A DNA stretch of 64,000 bases, from NCBI GenBank assembly GCA_031290885.1, contig JAISLQ010000072.1:1790-65789 (forward strand), in the 5' to 3' direction. The notes beneath the pieces are model-generated. The model saw only the letters and a list, made by a program, of their open reading frames with translations, did no database searches and was not told where the DNA came from. Source of the stretch: Acidaminococcales bacterium (lineage in GTDB: Bacteria > Bacillota > Negativicutes > Acidaminococcales > JAISLQ01). Of the stretch, positions 9,622-18,727 are shown piece by piece. Position numbers and translations under genes: made by a program. Numbering within the stretch: position 1 is the stretch's first letter; the number at the start of each line of letters is the position of its first letter.

Positions 9622-10428
9622 ATGCGCAAGGATTTGGTTTTTATCGGCGGCGGCGTTATGGCGGAAGCCATAATAAAAGGAATATTGGCAAAAGGCCTGG
9701 CCGCGCCGGAAAAAATTGCCGTTATTGAGCCTTTGGCCGGACGCCGCCTTTATCTTGAAGAAACATACGGCGTACGGACAAGCAATGAAAGCGCCACGCT
9801 GAAAAGCGCGGAAACCGTTGTGCTGGCGGTCAAACCGCAAATACTCGAAAGTGCCCTCAATGGCGCGGCAACTGCATCGATACCGGCTGACGCTCTTGTC
9901 GTGTCGATCGTGGCGGGCAAGCGCCTTGCCGATTTGCGCGCGCTTTTGCCTTGCCAGCGCCTCGTCAGGGTCATGCCCAATACGCCCCTGGCGATAGGGG
10001 AGGGCATGGCTGTTTTTGTGTGCGACAAGAGCGCGGGCGAGCGGGACGCGGAATTTGTCCGCGATATTTTCGCCTCCTGTGGGCTGGCCATGGAATTGCC
10101 GGAAAGCCAGTTGGACGCGGTTACGGGACTGTCCGGCAGCGGCCCTGGGTATATATTCGTTGTCATTGACGCTTTGGCGGACGCGGGGGTGATGGCCGGA
10201 CTGCCGCGCGATACCGCGATAAAACTGGCCGCCCAGACGGTGGCGGGCAGCGGCCGGATGGTGTTGGAAACAGGAAAACACCCGGCGCAACTGCGCGATC
10301 AGGTAGCTTCCCCCGGCGGCACGACGATCGCCGGGATTGCCGCCATGGAAAAAGCCGGAGTGCGCGCGGGCATTATGGAAGCGGTATTGGCCGCAACGGA
10401 GAAATCGCGGAGTTTCAGCAAAAAATGA
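9622..10428 (+). CDS. proC: pyrroline-5-carboxylate reductase
   Basis: FIGGGVMAEAII Rossmann motif, RVMPNTP, and SPGGTT motif near the C-terminus. Confidence 0.92.
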   Translation: MRKDLVFIGGGVMAEAIIKGILAKGLAAPEKIAVIEPLAGRRLYLEETYGVRTSNESATLKSAETVVLAVKPQILESALNGAATASIPADALVVSIVAGKRLADLRALLPCQRLVRVMPNTPLAIGEGMAVFVCDKSAGERDAEFVRDIFASCGLAMELPESQLDAVTGLSGSGPGYIFVVIDALADAGVMAGLPRDTAIKLAAQTVAGSGRMVLETGKHPAQLRDQVASPGGTTIAGIAAMEKAGVRAGIMEAVLAATEKSRSFSKK

Positions 10429-11213
10429 ACAATGCGCGTGAAAAAATAATCAGATATTATAAAGCCGGCGGCGATGAAATGCTGGCGGCGCGCTTGTGCG
10501 ATCTGGCCGAAGCGGCGGCTAAGAACCATAAATACAAAACAAGCGGTTTTCTTGATCCATACGGATTGAGCGTAGCGGAGACGGTGGCTGCGCATTTTGC
10601 CGTGTTGCGGCTGGAGTTTGAGGGAGGGTTTGCCGGCGCGGAACGGATGAAGGCCGCTTTTATCGACAATGAATATCAGGGCGCGGCCGTTTATGATATA
10701 ATTGGCTTGGATATAAAATGGGACGGGCGTTTTTGCTCGCTCTCGCACCGCGATGTTTTAGGCGCCGTGATAGGGCTCGGCTGTGAACGCGAAGCAATCG
10801 GCGACATCGTCGTTGGCGGTGGATGGGCGCAGTTGGCGGCCAATCAAGCGGCGGCGGATTTCTTGCTCGGCAGTTTGTCCACGGTAGGCGCGGCCAGCGT
10901 TACGGTGTCGAAGATTGACCTTTCCGCGCTTAAACAAAAAGAAGAAAAAATCAAAGACATAAAGGCGACGGTCGCGGCTTTGCGGCTTGATGCCGTGGCG
11001 GCCGCCGGGTACGGCGTGTCGCGCTCATATATGGCGGAAGAAATAAAGGCGCAAAGAGTCAAAATAAACTGGAAAGCGGCGAAAAACGCGGCTCAACCGG
11101 TACGCGCCGGCGACGTGGTTTCCTTTCGCGGCCGTGGCCGGGTAGAAGTCGCCGAAATAGGCGGGACGACCAAAAAAGGCCGAATAAGCGTTTGTTTGCG
11201 CAGGTACACGTAA
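10425..11213 (+). CDS. ylmH: YlmH family RNA-binding (S4 domain) protein
   Basis: Positioned between proC/sepF and divIVA. C-terminal S4-like segment (LRLDAVAAAGYGVSRSYMAEEIKAQRVKINW). Confidence 0.8.
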   Translation: MNNAREKIIRYYKAGGDEMLAARLCDLAEAAAKNHKYKTSGFLDPYGLSVAETVAAHFAVLRLEFEGGFAGAERMKAAFIDNEYQGAAVYDIIGLDIKWDGRFCSLSHRDVLGAVIGLGCEREAIGDIVVGGGWAQLAANQAAADFLLGSLSTVGAASVTVSKIDLSALKQKEEKIKDIKATVAALRLDAVAAAGYGVSRSYMAEEIKAQRVKINWKAAKNAAQPVRAGDVVSFRGRGRVEVAEIGGTTKKGRISVCLRRYT

Positions 11214-11248
11214 AAATTCGCTTGTTTAAAATAAGGGGGAAGGGTAAA

Positions 11249-11995
11249 ATGTCGAAACCTTTTGTTGTAGTGGGCAAAAAATTTAACAAGGAATTTCGAG
11301 GGTACAGCTCGGCAGAAGTTGACAATCATTTGCAAAACGCGCAAAAATATATTGACGAACTGTATTCGGAAAATACCCGGCTGACAGAAACCGCCGCCGA
11401 TGCCCAAAGCAAACTGGAACAATACCAGCAGATGGAAAAAACCATGCAGAGCACGCTTTTTGTCGCGCAGGAGACGGCAGAGGAAATAAAGGTGAGCGCC
11501 CAGAAAGAAAAAGAACTCATTCTTGACGAAGCCAGGGAAAGCGCGCGCCAAACAGTTTCCGGGGCGGAAGCGGAAGCCGCCCGGCTCAAAGCGCGGCTGC
11601 AGGCTGATTTAGAAGAAGCGCGGGAAGAACACGCGCGGGTAAAACTGAGAACGGAGCAGATCATTGAGAAAACGCGCGGCCTCTTAGAAGATGGGCTAAA
11701 ACTCTTAAACGGCAATGCGCTTGCTCAGGAAACGGCCGAAGAAAGCGTGGCGAAGGCGGTCTTGGCAGAAGCGGCCGACAAAGAAGCAAACGGCGGCCAA
11801 ACGGCTGGGCAAGAGGCAGCTGTTCCCGGTCCCGAAACCTTGCCCGCGACTGATTTGGCGGCTTTGCCGGAAGTTGAACCGAGCAGCGAAGAATCTGGCG
11901 AACAGGCGGAAATCAGAAAAAGAATGGAAGAAGTCTTGCGGCAATCGAAAGAAATAAAGGAACTGCTCAAGAAGAAAAGCAAAGTTTCGTCTTGA
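11249..11995 (+). CDS. divIVA: DivIVA domain-containing cell division protein
   Basis: N-terminal FNKEFRGYSSAEVDNHL DivIVA motif followed by long coiled-coil/acidic sequence. ATG 11249 follows GGGGGAAGGG. Confidence 0.85.
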   Translation: MSKPFVVVGKKFNKEFRGYSSAEVDNHLQNAQKYIDELYSENTRLTETAADAQSKLEQYQQMEKTMQSTLFVAQETAEEIKVSAQKEKELILDEARESARQTVSGAEAEAARLKARLQADLEEAREEHARVKLRTEQIIEKTRGLLEDGLKLLNGNALAQETAEESVAKAVLAEAADKEANGGQTAGQEAAVPGPETLPATDLAALPEVEPSSEESGEQAEIRKRMEEVLRQSKEIKELLKKKSKVSS

Positions 11996-12003
11996 GCGCG
12001 GAG

Positions 12004-12636
12004 ATGGCCGTGATTATTTTGATACGCCACGGGGAAGCAGGGCATCACGTCGATGGCTTGACCGGCGGCTGGACGGATTCATCCCTCACGGCAAAAGGCA
12101 TAGCGCAGATTGAGCGGGCGGCCGGTTGGGTGGAGGAGCTTTGTTTTGGCCAAAAACCGCAGGTTGTAACAAGCGATCTTCTGCGGGCAAGACAATCTGC
12201 CCGGATCATCGCCGAGCGCATAGGGGCAGAAGTCGCGAGCCGCGCGTTTTTGCGCGAGAAAAACAACGGGCAGGCCGCCGGCAAAACTGTGCGGGAGGCT
12301 ACGGCCATAAGACTTCGACGGCAGGCCGAGGAGCCTGACAACAGAAATTATCCGGGCGGCGAGACCAGGCGCGAATTTTTCGACCGGGTAGCTATAGGCA
12401 TGGAAAGGCTGTCTTTGGCTGACGGACCCTTTGTTATCGTCGCGCACAAAGGCACAATCCAAAACATTTTGTTTTGGTGGCTGGGCTTTTCAATTGACGA
12501 AGTCTGCCGCCGCGCGGTGTCTTTCGCGGTCAGCGTTGCCGGCATGTCGGTGTTGACGGTCAATGCCTGGAAAGAACGGGAGATATCCGTGCTTAATTAT
12601 GGCGGGATTGTTGCCGGTTTCGGACGGACTTGTTGA
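12004..12636 (+). CDS. histidine phosphatase family protein (phosphoglycerate mutase-like)
   Basis: RHGE catalytic motif in IILIRHGEAGHH, and a later AHKGT motif. Start is either 11992 or ATG 12004. Confidence 0.8.
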   Translation: MAVIILIRHGEAGHHVDGLTGGWTDSSLTAKGIAQIERAAGWVEELCFGQKPQVVTSDLLRARQSARIIAERIGAEVASRAFLREKNNGQAAGKTVREATAIRLRRQAEEPDNRNYPGGETRREFFDRVAIGMERLSLADGPFVIVAHKGTIQNILFWWLGFSIDEVCRRAVSFAVSVAGMSVLTVNAWKEREISVLNYGGIVAGFGRTC

Positions 12637-13105
12637 AAAACATTTGCTTAAATAAAGCAGCGGCAGCCGCAAGAAGCGCAAAGGCGAGAAAGTGGCCGTC
12701 CGGCCCGGGCGGGTTGCGTTGCCGCAGTACCCGCTTGCTTGTTGGGAAAAACCGTTCAAACAAATGGCGTCCCTTGCAAGCGCGTTTGCCGTAGCGCCGA
12801 GGCTTTTTCATGTCCGGGCGCGGTAAAGACACCTGCCGTCCGCCGCTTGGACGCGGCCGTGATTTGGCCTCGAAGTATTGGAGTAGGATGAGTTTTCAAC
12901 CGGCCGGGGAAAGGATCGGCATATATGTCATTAGAAAAGACCTGGGCAAACATGAAGCAGGAAACGGCTGAAATTTTGCTGGGAACGGACGACTTGGTGT
13001 CCGCCATATCGCAATATTTTTTGCGTTATACCTGATTTTATAATTATTAGACTGAATTACTATATTTAGCCGATGCATAAAACCGGACGTTAAGCCCGAA
13101 CATTA

Positions 13106-13147
13106 AACCCGCCCCGCCAGGCTGGAAACAGTCTCGCGGGGCGGGTT
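13106..13147. terminator. GC-rich stem-loop, possible bidirectional terminator between convergent genes
   Basis: AACCCGCCCCGC (13106-13117) pairs with GCGGGGCGGGTT (13136-13147) around an 18-nt loop. It is followed by TTT on the plus strand and TTTAATGTT on the minus strand; both U-tracts are weak. Confidence 0.4.
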
Positions 13148-13351
13148 TGGCGCGCTGTGCCTTTTGGCCGCAAAGGAAGCGGCGCGTTTAGCGCAAGCTT
13201 ATGACGGAGGTTGTTCCGATGGCCGCATTTCGCGTTTGGCTGCTTGCGCTCTGTGCGCCAAGCGGTCGGCGCGCTGGCCGGTGGCGTCATTGGTTTTCAA
13301 AAAGCGGGGATTGCCGCGCCTTTGTGTTTTGCCGCAGGGGGCTGTCCGCCT

Positions 13352-15940
13352 TCAGAAGAACCATTTGAACTGCGCGGCGAAGCCCACGCCTTTGCGCTTG
13401 CCGGCGTAGCCTTCCGCTTTGAGGTTAACCAAGCTGTTCTTTCCTTTGAAGATCACCCCGATTTCCCCTATGCCGGTGCCGCCTTTCATGCCCGGCGCGT
13501 CTATCGCCATGCCGTTGCCTACGGCTTTGGCCTTGCCGTCAAATTCGTGGTCGTAGGCAAGGCCGGCGTAAAATTCTTTCTTTTCCCCTGACGCCTTGGC
13601 GTACCTTAGCCCCGCCCGCCAGCGCAGGGAGTTCACGGCGTCAAATTCCAACGGGTCGTTGCCCAGCACGGCCGTCGATTCGCTGCCGGTGCGCGTGTAG
13701 AGAATTTTGCTGTAAAGATCGAGCGAGCCGCCGCCCTTCAGTTCCTTTATCCAGCCCGCGCCGACATGCAGGCCGCAGTAGACGGATTTGGCGTCGTAGC
13801 GGGCGTTCTGGCCGGAAATTTTGAGGTCGGCGCTATTAAAGTTGGTCTTGACCTGCCCTAAGCGCAGGGAGCCTTCGGCGTAGAAGCGGCCGGAGCCGCG
13901 CTTGGCGTTTTCCCGCCGCGCCAAAAAGCCGAGGCCGCGGTAGGTGGTGTCGCCGTTGCCCCTTGCTTCGTCCGCGCCGCCGAAGTTGTTGTAGCTGTCA
14001 TAGCTGCCCCAGCCGGCTTCGAGGAAGGCGCCGTAGGTGAGGTGGGCGCCGCTCCCGGTTTCTTTGGCAAAAGACAGCCCGGCGACCAGGGAGGGGCCCT
14101 TGACGTCGACGTGGGAGCCGGTGTCGTGGCGCACGTCGCTGTAGCTTAAGGCGGCGAAGACGGCCGGGCCTTTTTCCGCCCAGGCCCTGGCGGCGGCTTC
14201 CCGGAAGCCTTCGCCGGCGAGCAGGTCCGCGCCTTGGTTGAGGAAGGCGGGGCCGGCCAGCCAACCTTCGGAGACGGCCTTGGCCTTCGGGTTGGCGCGG
14301 GCGGAGGCAACCTCGGCGACCAGCTCGTTGGAGCTTCTTTTCTTGACGTTAAAGTCGTACAGGACAAAGATGCCCTGGCTGCCGTCCATGGGCACGCCGC
14401 CATCGTATTGGCCAGCGTCCGAGAAGGTGGACGCTGCTTTAATCAGGCCTACCTCGTCGCCGACGTTTAGCTTGCCGCTGCCGGTGATTTCGATGCCCGG
14501 AAGGACCACGGCAGCGCCAAAGTCCACGGTGTTGGCTTCAAGGGCGAAGGCGTCGCCGCGGATGACTTTGAATTCATAGGTGTCGAAGCGTTCAACGGTG
14601 GCGAAAGCGCCATCTTGGTCAAGGCTGTAAAGGCGCAGGGCATTGCCAGTGCCGCCGGAGCTTTCGTAGCCGCGCAAGGAGCCTCCCCCAAAAGCAATGG
14701 CGCCGGCCAAGGTAACGGTATTGTTGTTGGCTGTGCCGCTTCTTACGTAGCCGCCAGCGATATCTCCCCCCACCGAGCCGCCGTCGATCAGTACTTCGTT
14801 GTTGGAAGCTTCACCACTGCTGCCAACATAGCCGCCGTAGACGTTGCCGACAATCTCCGAGTTTTTAATGGTTACTTTGTTGCCGGTAACGGTGCCGTTA
14901 TAGCCAATCCAGCTGCCGTAGACAATAGAGGCAACGCGGCCGCCGATTATCACTACGCGGTGGTCGGTGGCGGTGCCGCTCATATCAATTTCTCCGCCCG
15001 CAACCCGGCTGCCAATCGCGACATTCTCAAGATAGATATCCGGCCGGCGGTCGTCGCCACCGCCGACAGTTGTTCCCGCGTAGGCATAGTTAGCGTAGAC
15101 ATCGCCGTCGGTAGAAATGCTGCCGCCGCCTTTGTTGACAATGCTGATGCGGTTGCCTTGGGATGTGCCGCTGGTGCTTCTAAACCAGCCGCCGACGACA
15201 GTGCCGGCAAAGGTGAGGTGGCCGGCGCCGGTATTGACGATCGCAACCGCGTTGCCGGAGCCGACGACGCTGGCGCCGACGTCGCCCGAGGCAAGTATCA
15301 TGGCGCCGCCGGCGACGTTGCCGCCGATGGTATAGTCGGCGCCATCGTCAAGGGCGATATTGACGACGTTTCCATTGACAGTTCCGCCGCTCTCGGAGAC
15401 CGCGCCGCCGAAGATGCCTATCTTTTCGCCATCGTCGCCGCCGGGCGTCTCGTATGTTACGATGCCTGAAATGTTTCCGCCCCGGTAGTTTACGGTGTTG
15501 CCTTCGGCGATGCCGTGCTGGACGAAGCCGCCGATGATGCCGCCTGTGCCGTCGCCGCTTATGTAGTTGACTTCGTTGCCGCGGACGGCGTTGGAAAGGA
15601 CATCAGACGTGATACCGCCGAAGACGAAGTGCGGCGCCAAAGCCGTATTGCTGCCGAAGTCGATAGTCAGCCGGTTGCCGTCAGATGCGCCCGATGGGTT
15701 CCAAATGCCTTGGCTGCCGATGGGGAAGGCGCCGTCGGGGTGGGGGTAGTTGCTGTACGTTGTGTAAAACCATTCGCTGCCGGTTACAGGCGCCAGATCA
15801 ATGTAACCGGGCCCGGATGAGGCGCCGTCATAGGTGTAATCCGCCGCCCGCGCCGGCGGCACGCCGAGGAAGAGGGACGCTATTCCCGCCCCCAGCGCGA
15901 GGGTTTTCATTTTACGCGGCATTTTGCCAAGTTTTCTCAT
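13352..15940 (-). CDS. autotransporter (type Va) outer membrane protein with glycine-rich beta-helical passenger
   Basis: Signal peptide MRKLGKMPRKMKTLALGAGIASLFLGVPPARA. Long passenger of G-N-x-V / GG repeats. C-terminal beta-barrel of alternating residues ending in the OMP signature ...FAAQFKWFF. AGGGAGG RBS upstream. Confidence 0.9.
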   Translation of the reverse strand: MRKLGKMPRKMKTLALGAGIASLFLGVPPARAADYTYDGASSGPGYIDLAPVTGSEWFYTTYSNYPHPDGAFPIGSQGIWNPSGASDGNRLTIDFGSNTALAPHFVFGGITSDVLSNAVRGNEVNYISGDGTGGIIGGFVQHGIAEGNTVNYRGGNISGIVTYETPGGDDGEKIGIFGGAVSESGGTVNGNVVNIALDDGADYTIGGNVAGGAMILASGDVGASVVGSGNAVAIVNTGAGHLTFAGTVVGGWFRSTSGTSQGNRISIVNKGGGSISTDGDVYANYAYAGTTVGGGDDRRPDIYLENVAIGSRVAGGEIDMSGTATDHRVVIIGGRVASIVYGSWIGYNGTVTGNKVTIKNSEIVGNVYGGYVGSSGEASNNEVLIDGGSVGGDIAGGYVRSGTANNNTVTLAGAIAFGGGSLRGYESSGGTGNALRLYSLDQDGAFATVERFDTYEFKVIRGDAFALEANTVDFGAAVVLPGIEITGSGKLNVGDEVGLIKAASTFSDAGQYDGGVPMDGSQGIFVLYDFNVKKRSSNELVAEVASARANPKAKAVSEGWLAGPAFLNQGADLLAGEGFREAAARAWAEKGPAVFAALSYSDVRHDTGSHVDVKGPSLVAGLSFAKETGSGAHLTYGAFLEAGWGSYDSYNNFGGADEARGNGDTTYRGLGFLARRENAKRGSGRFYAEGSLRLGQVKTNFNSADLKISGQNARYDAKSVYCGLHVGAGWIKELKGGGSLDLYSKILYTRTGSESTAVLGNDPLEFDAVNSLRWRAGLRYAKASGEKKEFYAGLAYDHEFDGKAKAVGNGMAIDAPGMKGGTGIGEIGVIFKGKNSLVNLKAEGYAGKRKGVGFAAQFKWFF

Positions 15941-16025
15941 GTGATGAGTCCTCCCTTTGTTTTGCGTTTTTTGCTGTATATTTTGCTATTGTTATGGATG
16001 CGGGGAGGAGGGCCGTTCCGGCCAA

Positions 16026-16206
16026 GGTAACGGAATTGGGTAAAGTGTTACCTGCATTGGGAGCGAAATTTGGCCTGCAAAGCCGCTTGACCATTGTGGG
16101 CAGCAATGCCCGCCCGCCCCGAGGCAAAATTAAAAATGCCGGAAACCCGGCATTTGACGCGAAAACAAAAAAACGGCAGGTAACACTTCACCCAATTCTG
16201 TTACCC
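16026..16206. repeat. IR-flanked cassette 1: 29/30-bp inverted sites A (16026-16054) and B (16177-16206) around a 122-bp core
   Basis: The reverse complement of A, caggtaacactttacccaattccgttacc, matches B, caggtaacacttcacccaattctgttacc, at 27/29 positions. Each site is bounded by GGTAAC...GTTACC. Confidence 0.85.
16126..16153 (-). terminator. orientation-dependent intrinsic terminator inside cassette 1
   Basis: The minus strand reads ATGCCGG-GTTT-CCGGCAT followed by TTTTAATTTT. On the plus strand the same hairpin is followed by TTGACGCG, which has no U-tract. Confidence 0.55.
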
Positions 16207-16266
16207 ACACGGCTCATCGCCGGCCAAACCCTTTGCGGATATGGCCAAATCGGCGATAAATCCAGC

Positions 16267-16449
16267 GGGTAACACAATTGTAGAAAATGTTACCTGACGT
16301 ACGCTCGCAAGCCGCCTGTAAAGCTGTCCGGCTTCTTTCAAGGGGAAAGGGGCCCCGCGCAAACAAGCAAAATAAAAATACTGTAACGCCCGTATTTGCT
16401 GGCGAAAGGAAAAGACAGCAGGTAACATTTTCTACAATTTTGTTACCTG
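16267..16449. repeat. IR-flanked cassette 2: 30/31-bp inverted sites C (16267-16296) and D (16419-16449) around a 122-bp core
   Basis: The reverse complement of C, caggtaacattttctacaattgtgttaccc, matches D, caggtaacattttctacaattttgttacct, at 28/30 positions. The core is a diverged copy of the cassette 1 core (shared gcctg[c/t]aaagc, caaaat[t]aaaaat, atttg). Confidence 0.85.
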
Positions 16450-16516
16450 CTGCCGCCCGCCGGCCGTTTTCGTTTTGCCGTTTTACATTCACTCTATTAT
16501 CAGCGGCATTTTCACC

Positions 16517-16545
16517 ATAATACATACAAATTACGCCGTTGTCAA
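16517..16545 (-). promoter_or_regulatory. sigma-A/sigma-70 type promoter facing the autotransporter gene
   Basis: The minus strand reads TTGACA (16545-16540), a 17-nt spacer, then TATTAT (16522-16517). Confidence 0.5.
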
Positions 16546-16698
16546 GTAAAAATGGCATAGCCAATACGTCAATTGCCACGTTTTCCATAAAGCCCCCTCG
16601 CCCAATGGCCATCCGGCCTCGGACGGTCCTTTCAGCGCTTGCGGTCTTGGGCAATTAAACCGACGATTTGCGCGAACGGCGTCCAGCCAATTATTTTG

Positions 16699-16727
16699 TT
16701 GCAAATCCCGGCAAAACGGAGTATACT
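16699..16727 (+). promoter_or_regulatory. candidate promoter for rnj
   Basis: TTGCAA (16699-16704), 17 nt, TATACT (16722-16727), about 190 nt upstream of the rnj start. Confidence 0.35.
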
Positions 16728-16921
16728 TAATTTCGAAGTTTGCGAGCGGCGTATTTTTCCGTCAAGTGTAAAATTGTGCGGCGAACAAGATACTTTTTTG
16801 GTATCCTGGCTGATGTGGGCCGGGAAATTTGTGTTGATTTCATGCTTTGAATATGGGGCGCATATTTTATGTTTGCAAAATTAGGAAAGGCAAATAAAAA
16901 ATTAAAAACGGAGGTGTAATT

Positions 16922-18583
16922 TTGTCCGACAACGGAAAACTTCAGATAATTCCCTTGGGCGGCTTGGGGGAAATTGGGAAGAACATGACGGTAATAAGAT
17001 TCCAGGACAATATTCTTATTATCGACGCCGGCTTGATGTTCCCGGAAGACGATATGCTCGGCGTGGATCTGGTCATTCCCGATTTGACTTACATTTTTGA
17101 AAACAGCGATAAAATCAAAGCCGTTGTCCTCACTCACGGCCATGAGGACCATATCGGGGCTTTGCCTTATTTGCTCAAAAAGATTGACGTGCCGGTGTAC
17201 GGAACGCCCCTTACGCTCGGCATATTGGAGGGCAGGCTGAAAGAAAACGGTGTTTCTTCTTCCAAATTGAAGACTATCGAGGCTGGGCACAAATTGCGAT
17301 TGGGCTGCTTTAATCTTGAGTTTTTGCGGGTCAATCACAGCATCGCCGATTCCGTGGCGGTCGCCGTCCACACGCCGGCCGGCGTCATTGTCCATACCGG
17401 CGACTTTAAGATCGACCAGACGCCGGTGGACGGGCAGATAACCGATTTTACCAGGTTCGCGGAATTAGGCGACAAGGGCGTCCTAGTAATGATGTCCGAC
17501 AGCACGAACGCCGAGAGGCCGGGCTATACGCAAAGCGAGAAGACCGTCGGCGTAAAGTTTGACGAAGTTTTCCGTACCGTGCAAAGCAGGATAATCATCG
17601 CTACCTTTTCTTCCAATGTGCATCGCATACAGCAGGCGGTCGACAGCGCCGCCAGATACAAGCGCAAAGTCGCGGTAATCGGGCGCAGCATGGTGAATGT
17701 CGTCAGCATAGCGATGGAACTTGGGTATCTGAAAATGCCTGAGGGCACTTTAATCGATATAGAGGATATCAATAAATATCCCGCTTCCCAGCTTGTCATA
17801 ATAACCACCGGCAGCCAGGGCGAGCCGATGTCCGCCCTTACCAGGATGGCGATGGCCGATCATAAGAAGATAAGCATATTGCCAAGCGACACGGTCATAA
17901 TTTCCGCGACCCCCATCCCCGGCAACGAAAAGCTTGTGTCAAGGACGGTCGATTTGCTTTTCCGGCTGGGCGCGGACGTGATTTACGACCGCTCGTCCGG
18001 CATACATGTTTCCGGGCACGCCAGCCAGGAAGAATTGAAGCTGATGCACAATCTTATAAAACCGCAATTTTTCATTCCCGTTCACGGCGAGTACCGGCAT
18101 CTTATCCAGCACAAAAAAATCGCCATGGAACTTGGCATGCCCAAAGAAAATATTTTCGTGGCGGAAAACGGCTCGATAATCGAAATAAATAAAAACAAGG
18201 GCGCCATTACGGGCAAGGTTACGGCCGGCAAAGTTTTGGTGGACGGGCTTGGCGTAGGGGACGTCGGCAATATCGTGCTGCGCGACCGCCGGCAGCTGTC
18301 ACAGGACGGTATATTGATTGTCGTGGTTACCATCGACAAACAGGATTGGATCGTGGTAGCGGGGCCGGACATTGTTTCGCGCGGCTTTGTTTATATCCGC
18401 GAGGCGGAAGAGCTGATGGACGAGGCGAAAGATAGGGTCCAGGTGGCGCTTGACCGTTGCAAGGAAAATTGCGTTTCCGAGTGGTCGGCGATAAAGTCGG
18501 CGGTGCGCGATGCGCTGGGACGGTTTTTGTATGAGAAAACGCGCCGTCGGCCGATGATTTTGCCGATTATCATGGAAATTTGA
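16922..18583 (+). CDS. rnj: ribonuclease J
   Basis: 553 aa. Metallo-beta-lactamase motif THGHEDHIG, beta-CASP region, and conserved HVSGHASQEEL. GGAGGTG RBS, apparent TTG start. Confidence 0.95.
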   Translation: MSDNGKLQIIPLGGLGEIGKNMTVIRFQDNILIIDAGLMFPEDDMLGVDLVIPDLTYIFENSDKIKAVVLTHGHEDHIGALPYLLKKIDVPVYGTPLTLGILEGRLKENGVSSSKLKTIEAGHKLRLGCFNLEFLRVNHSIADSVAVAVHTPAGVIVHTGDFKIDQTPVDGQITDFTRFAELGDKGVLVMMSDSTNAERPGYTQSEKTVGVKFDEVFRTVQSRIIIATFSSNVHRIQQAVDSAARYKRKVAVIGRSMVNVVSIAMELGYLKMPEGTLIDIEDINKYPASQLVIITTGSQGEPMSALTRMAMADHKKISILPSDTVIISATPIPGNEKLVSRTVDLLFRLGADVIYDRSSGIHVSGHASQEELKLMHNLIKPQFFIPVHGEYRHLIQHKKIAMELGMPKENIFVAENGSIIEINKNKGAITGKVTAGKVLVDGLGVGDVGNIVLRDRRQLSQDGILIVVVTIDKQDWIVVAGPDIVSRGFVYIREAEELMDEAKDRVQVALDRCKENCVSEWSAIKSAVRDALGRFLYEKTRRRPMILPIIMEI

Positions 18584-18727
18584 AAAACTGCCCGTCAGCG
18601 TCTTTTTCTTTTGCGTTTGGCTTGGCGGAAAGGATTTTTGGCCATTAAGGTAGAATATCAACAGGCAGAGGTTTCCGATAATTCAGAGGTGATCCGTTTG
18701 TCCAATCGGCAGGTAAAAGCCGAAGGA

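Noticed and set aside
12925-13035. 36-aa ORF MSLEKTWANMKQETAEILLGTDDLVSAISQYFLRYT with weak AAAGGA RBS in the 700-nt gap after the histidine phosphatase gene
   Set aside because: It is too short, with no recognisable family and no supporting context. It is noted only as a possible small protein to check by conservation or Ribo-seq.
13293-13320. Possible terminator right after the autotransporter stop (GCGGCAATCCCCGC followed by TTTTT on the minus strand)
   Set aside because: Only a 4-bp stem can be drawn, which is too weak to call. The stronger stem-loop at 13106-13147 is reported instead, with low confidence.
13164-13591. Plus-strand ORFs (81 and 126 aa) overlapping the 3' end of the autotransporter gene
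   Set aside because: They overlap the strongly supported beta-barrel coding region on the opposite strand and have GC-skewed A/G/R-rich translations.
16214-16654. 146-aa minus-strand ORF in the autotransporter/rnj intergenic region
   Set aside because: It begins upstream of the predicted promoter and runs straight through inverted-repeat sites D and C and cassette 2. No RBS is visible, and the translation has no family resemblance. The region is better explained as a non-coding leader.
15941-16920. Riboswitch (for example c-di-GMP class I, common upstream of adhesins) or CRISPR-like array in the 1-kb intergenic region
   Set aside because: I could not find the conserved GEMM core sequences on either strand. 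The repeats are two inverted pairs around 122-bp cores, not short direct repeats with unique spacers.
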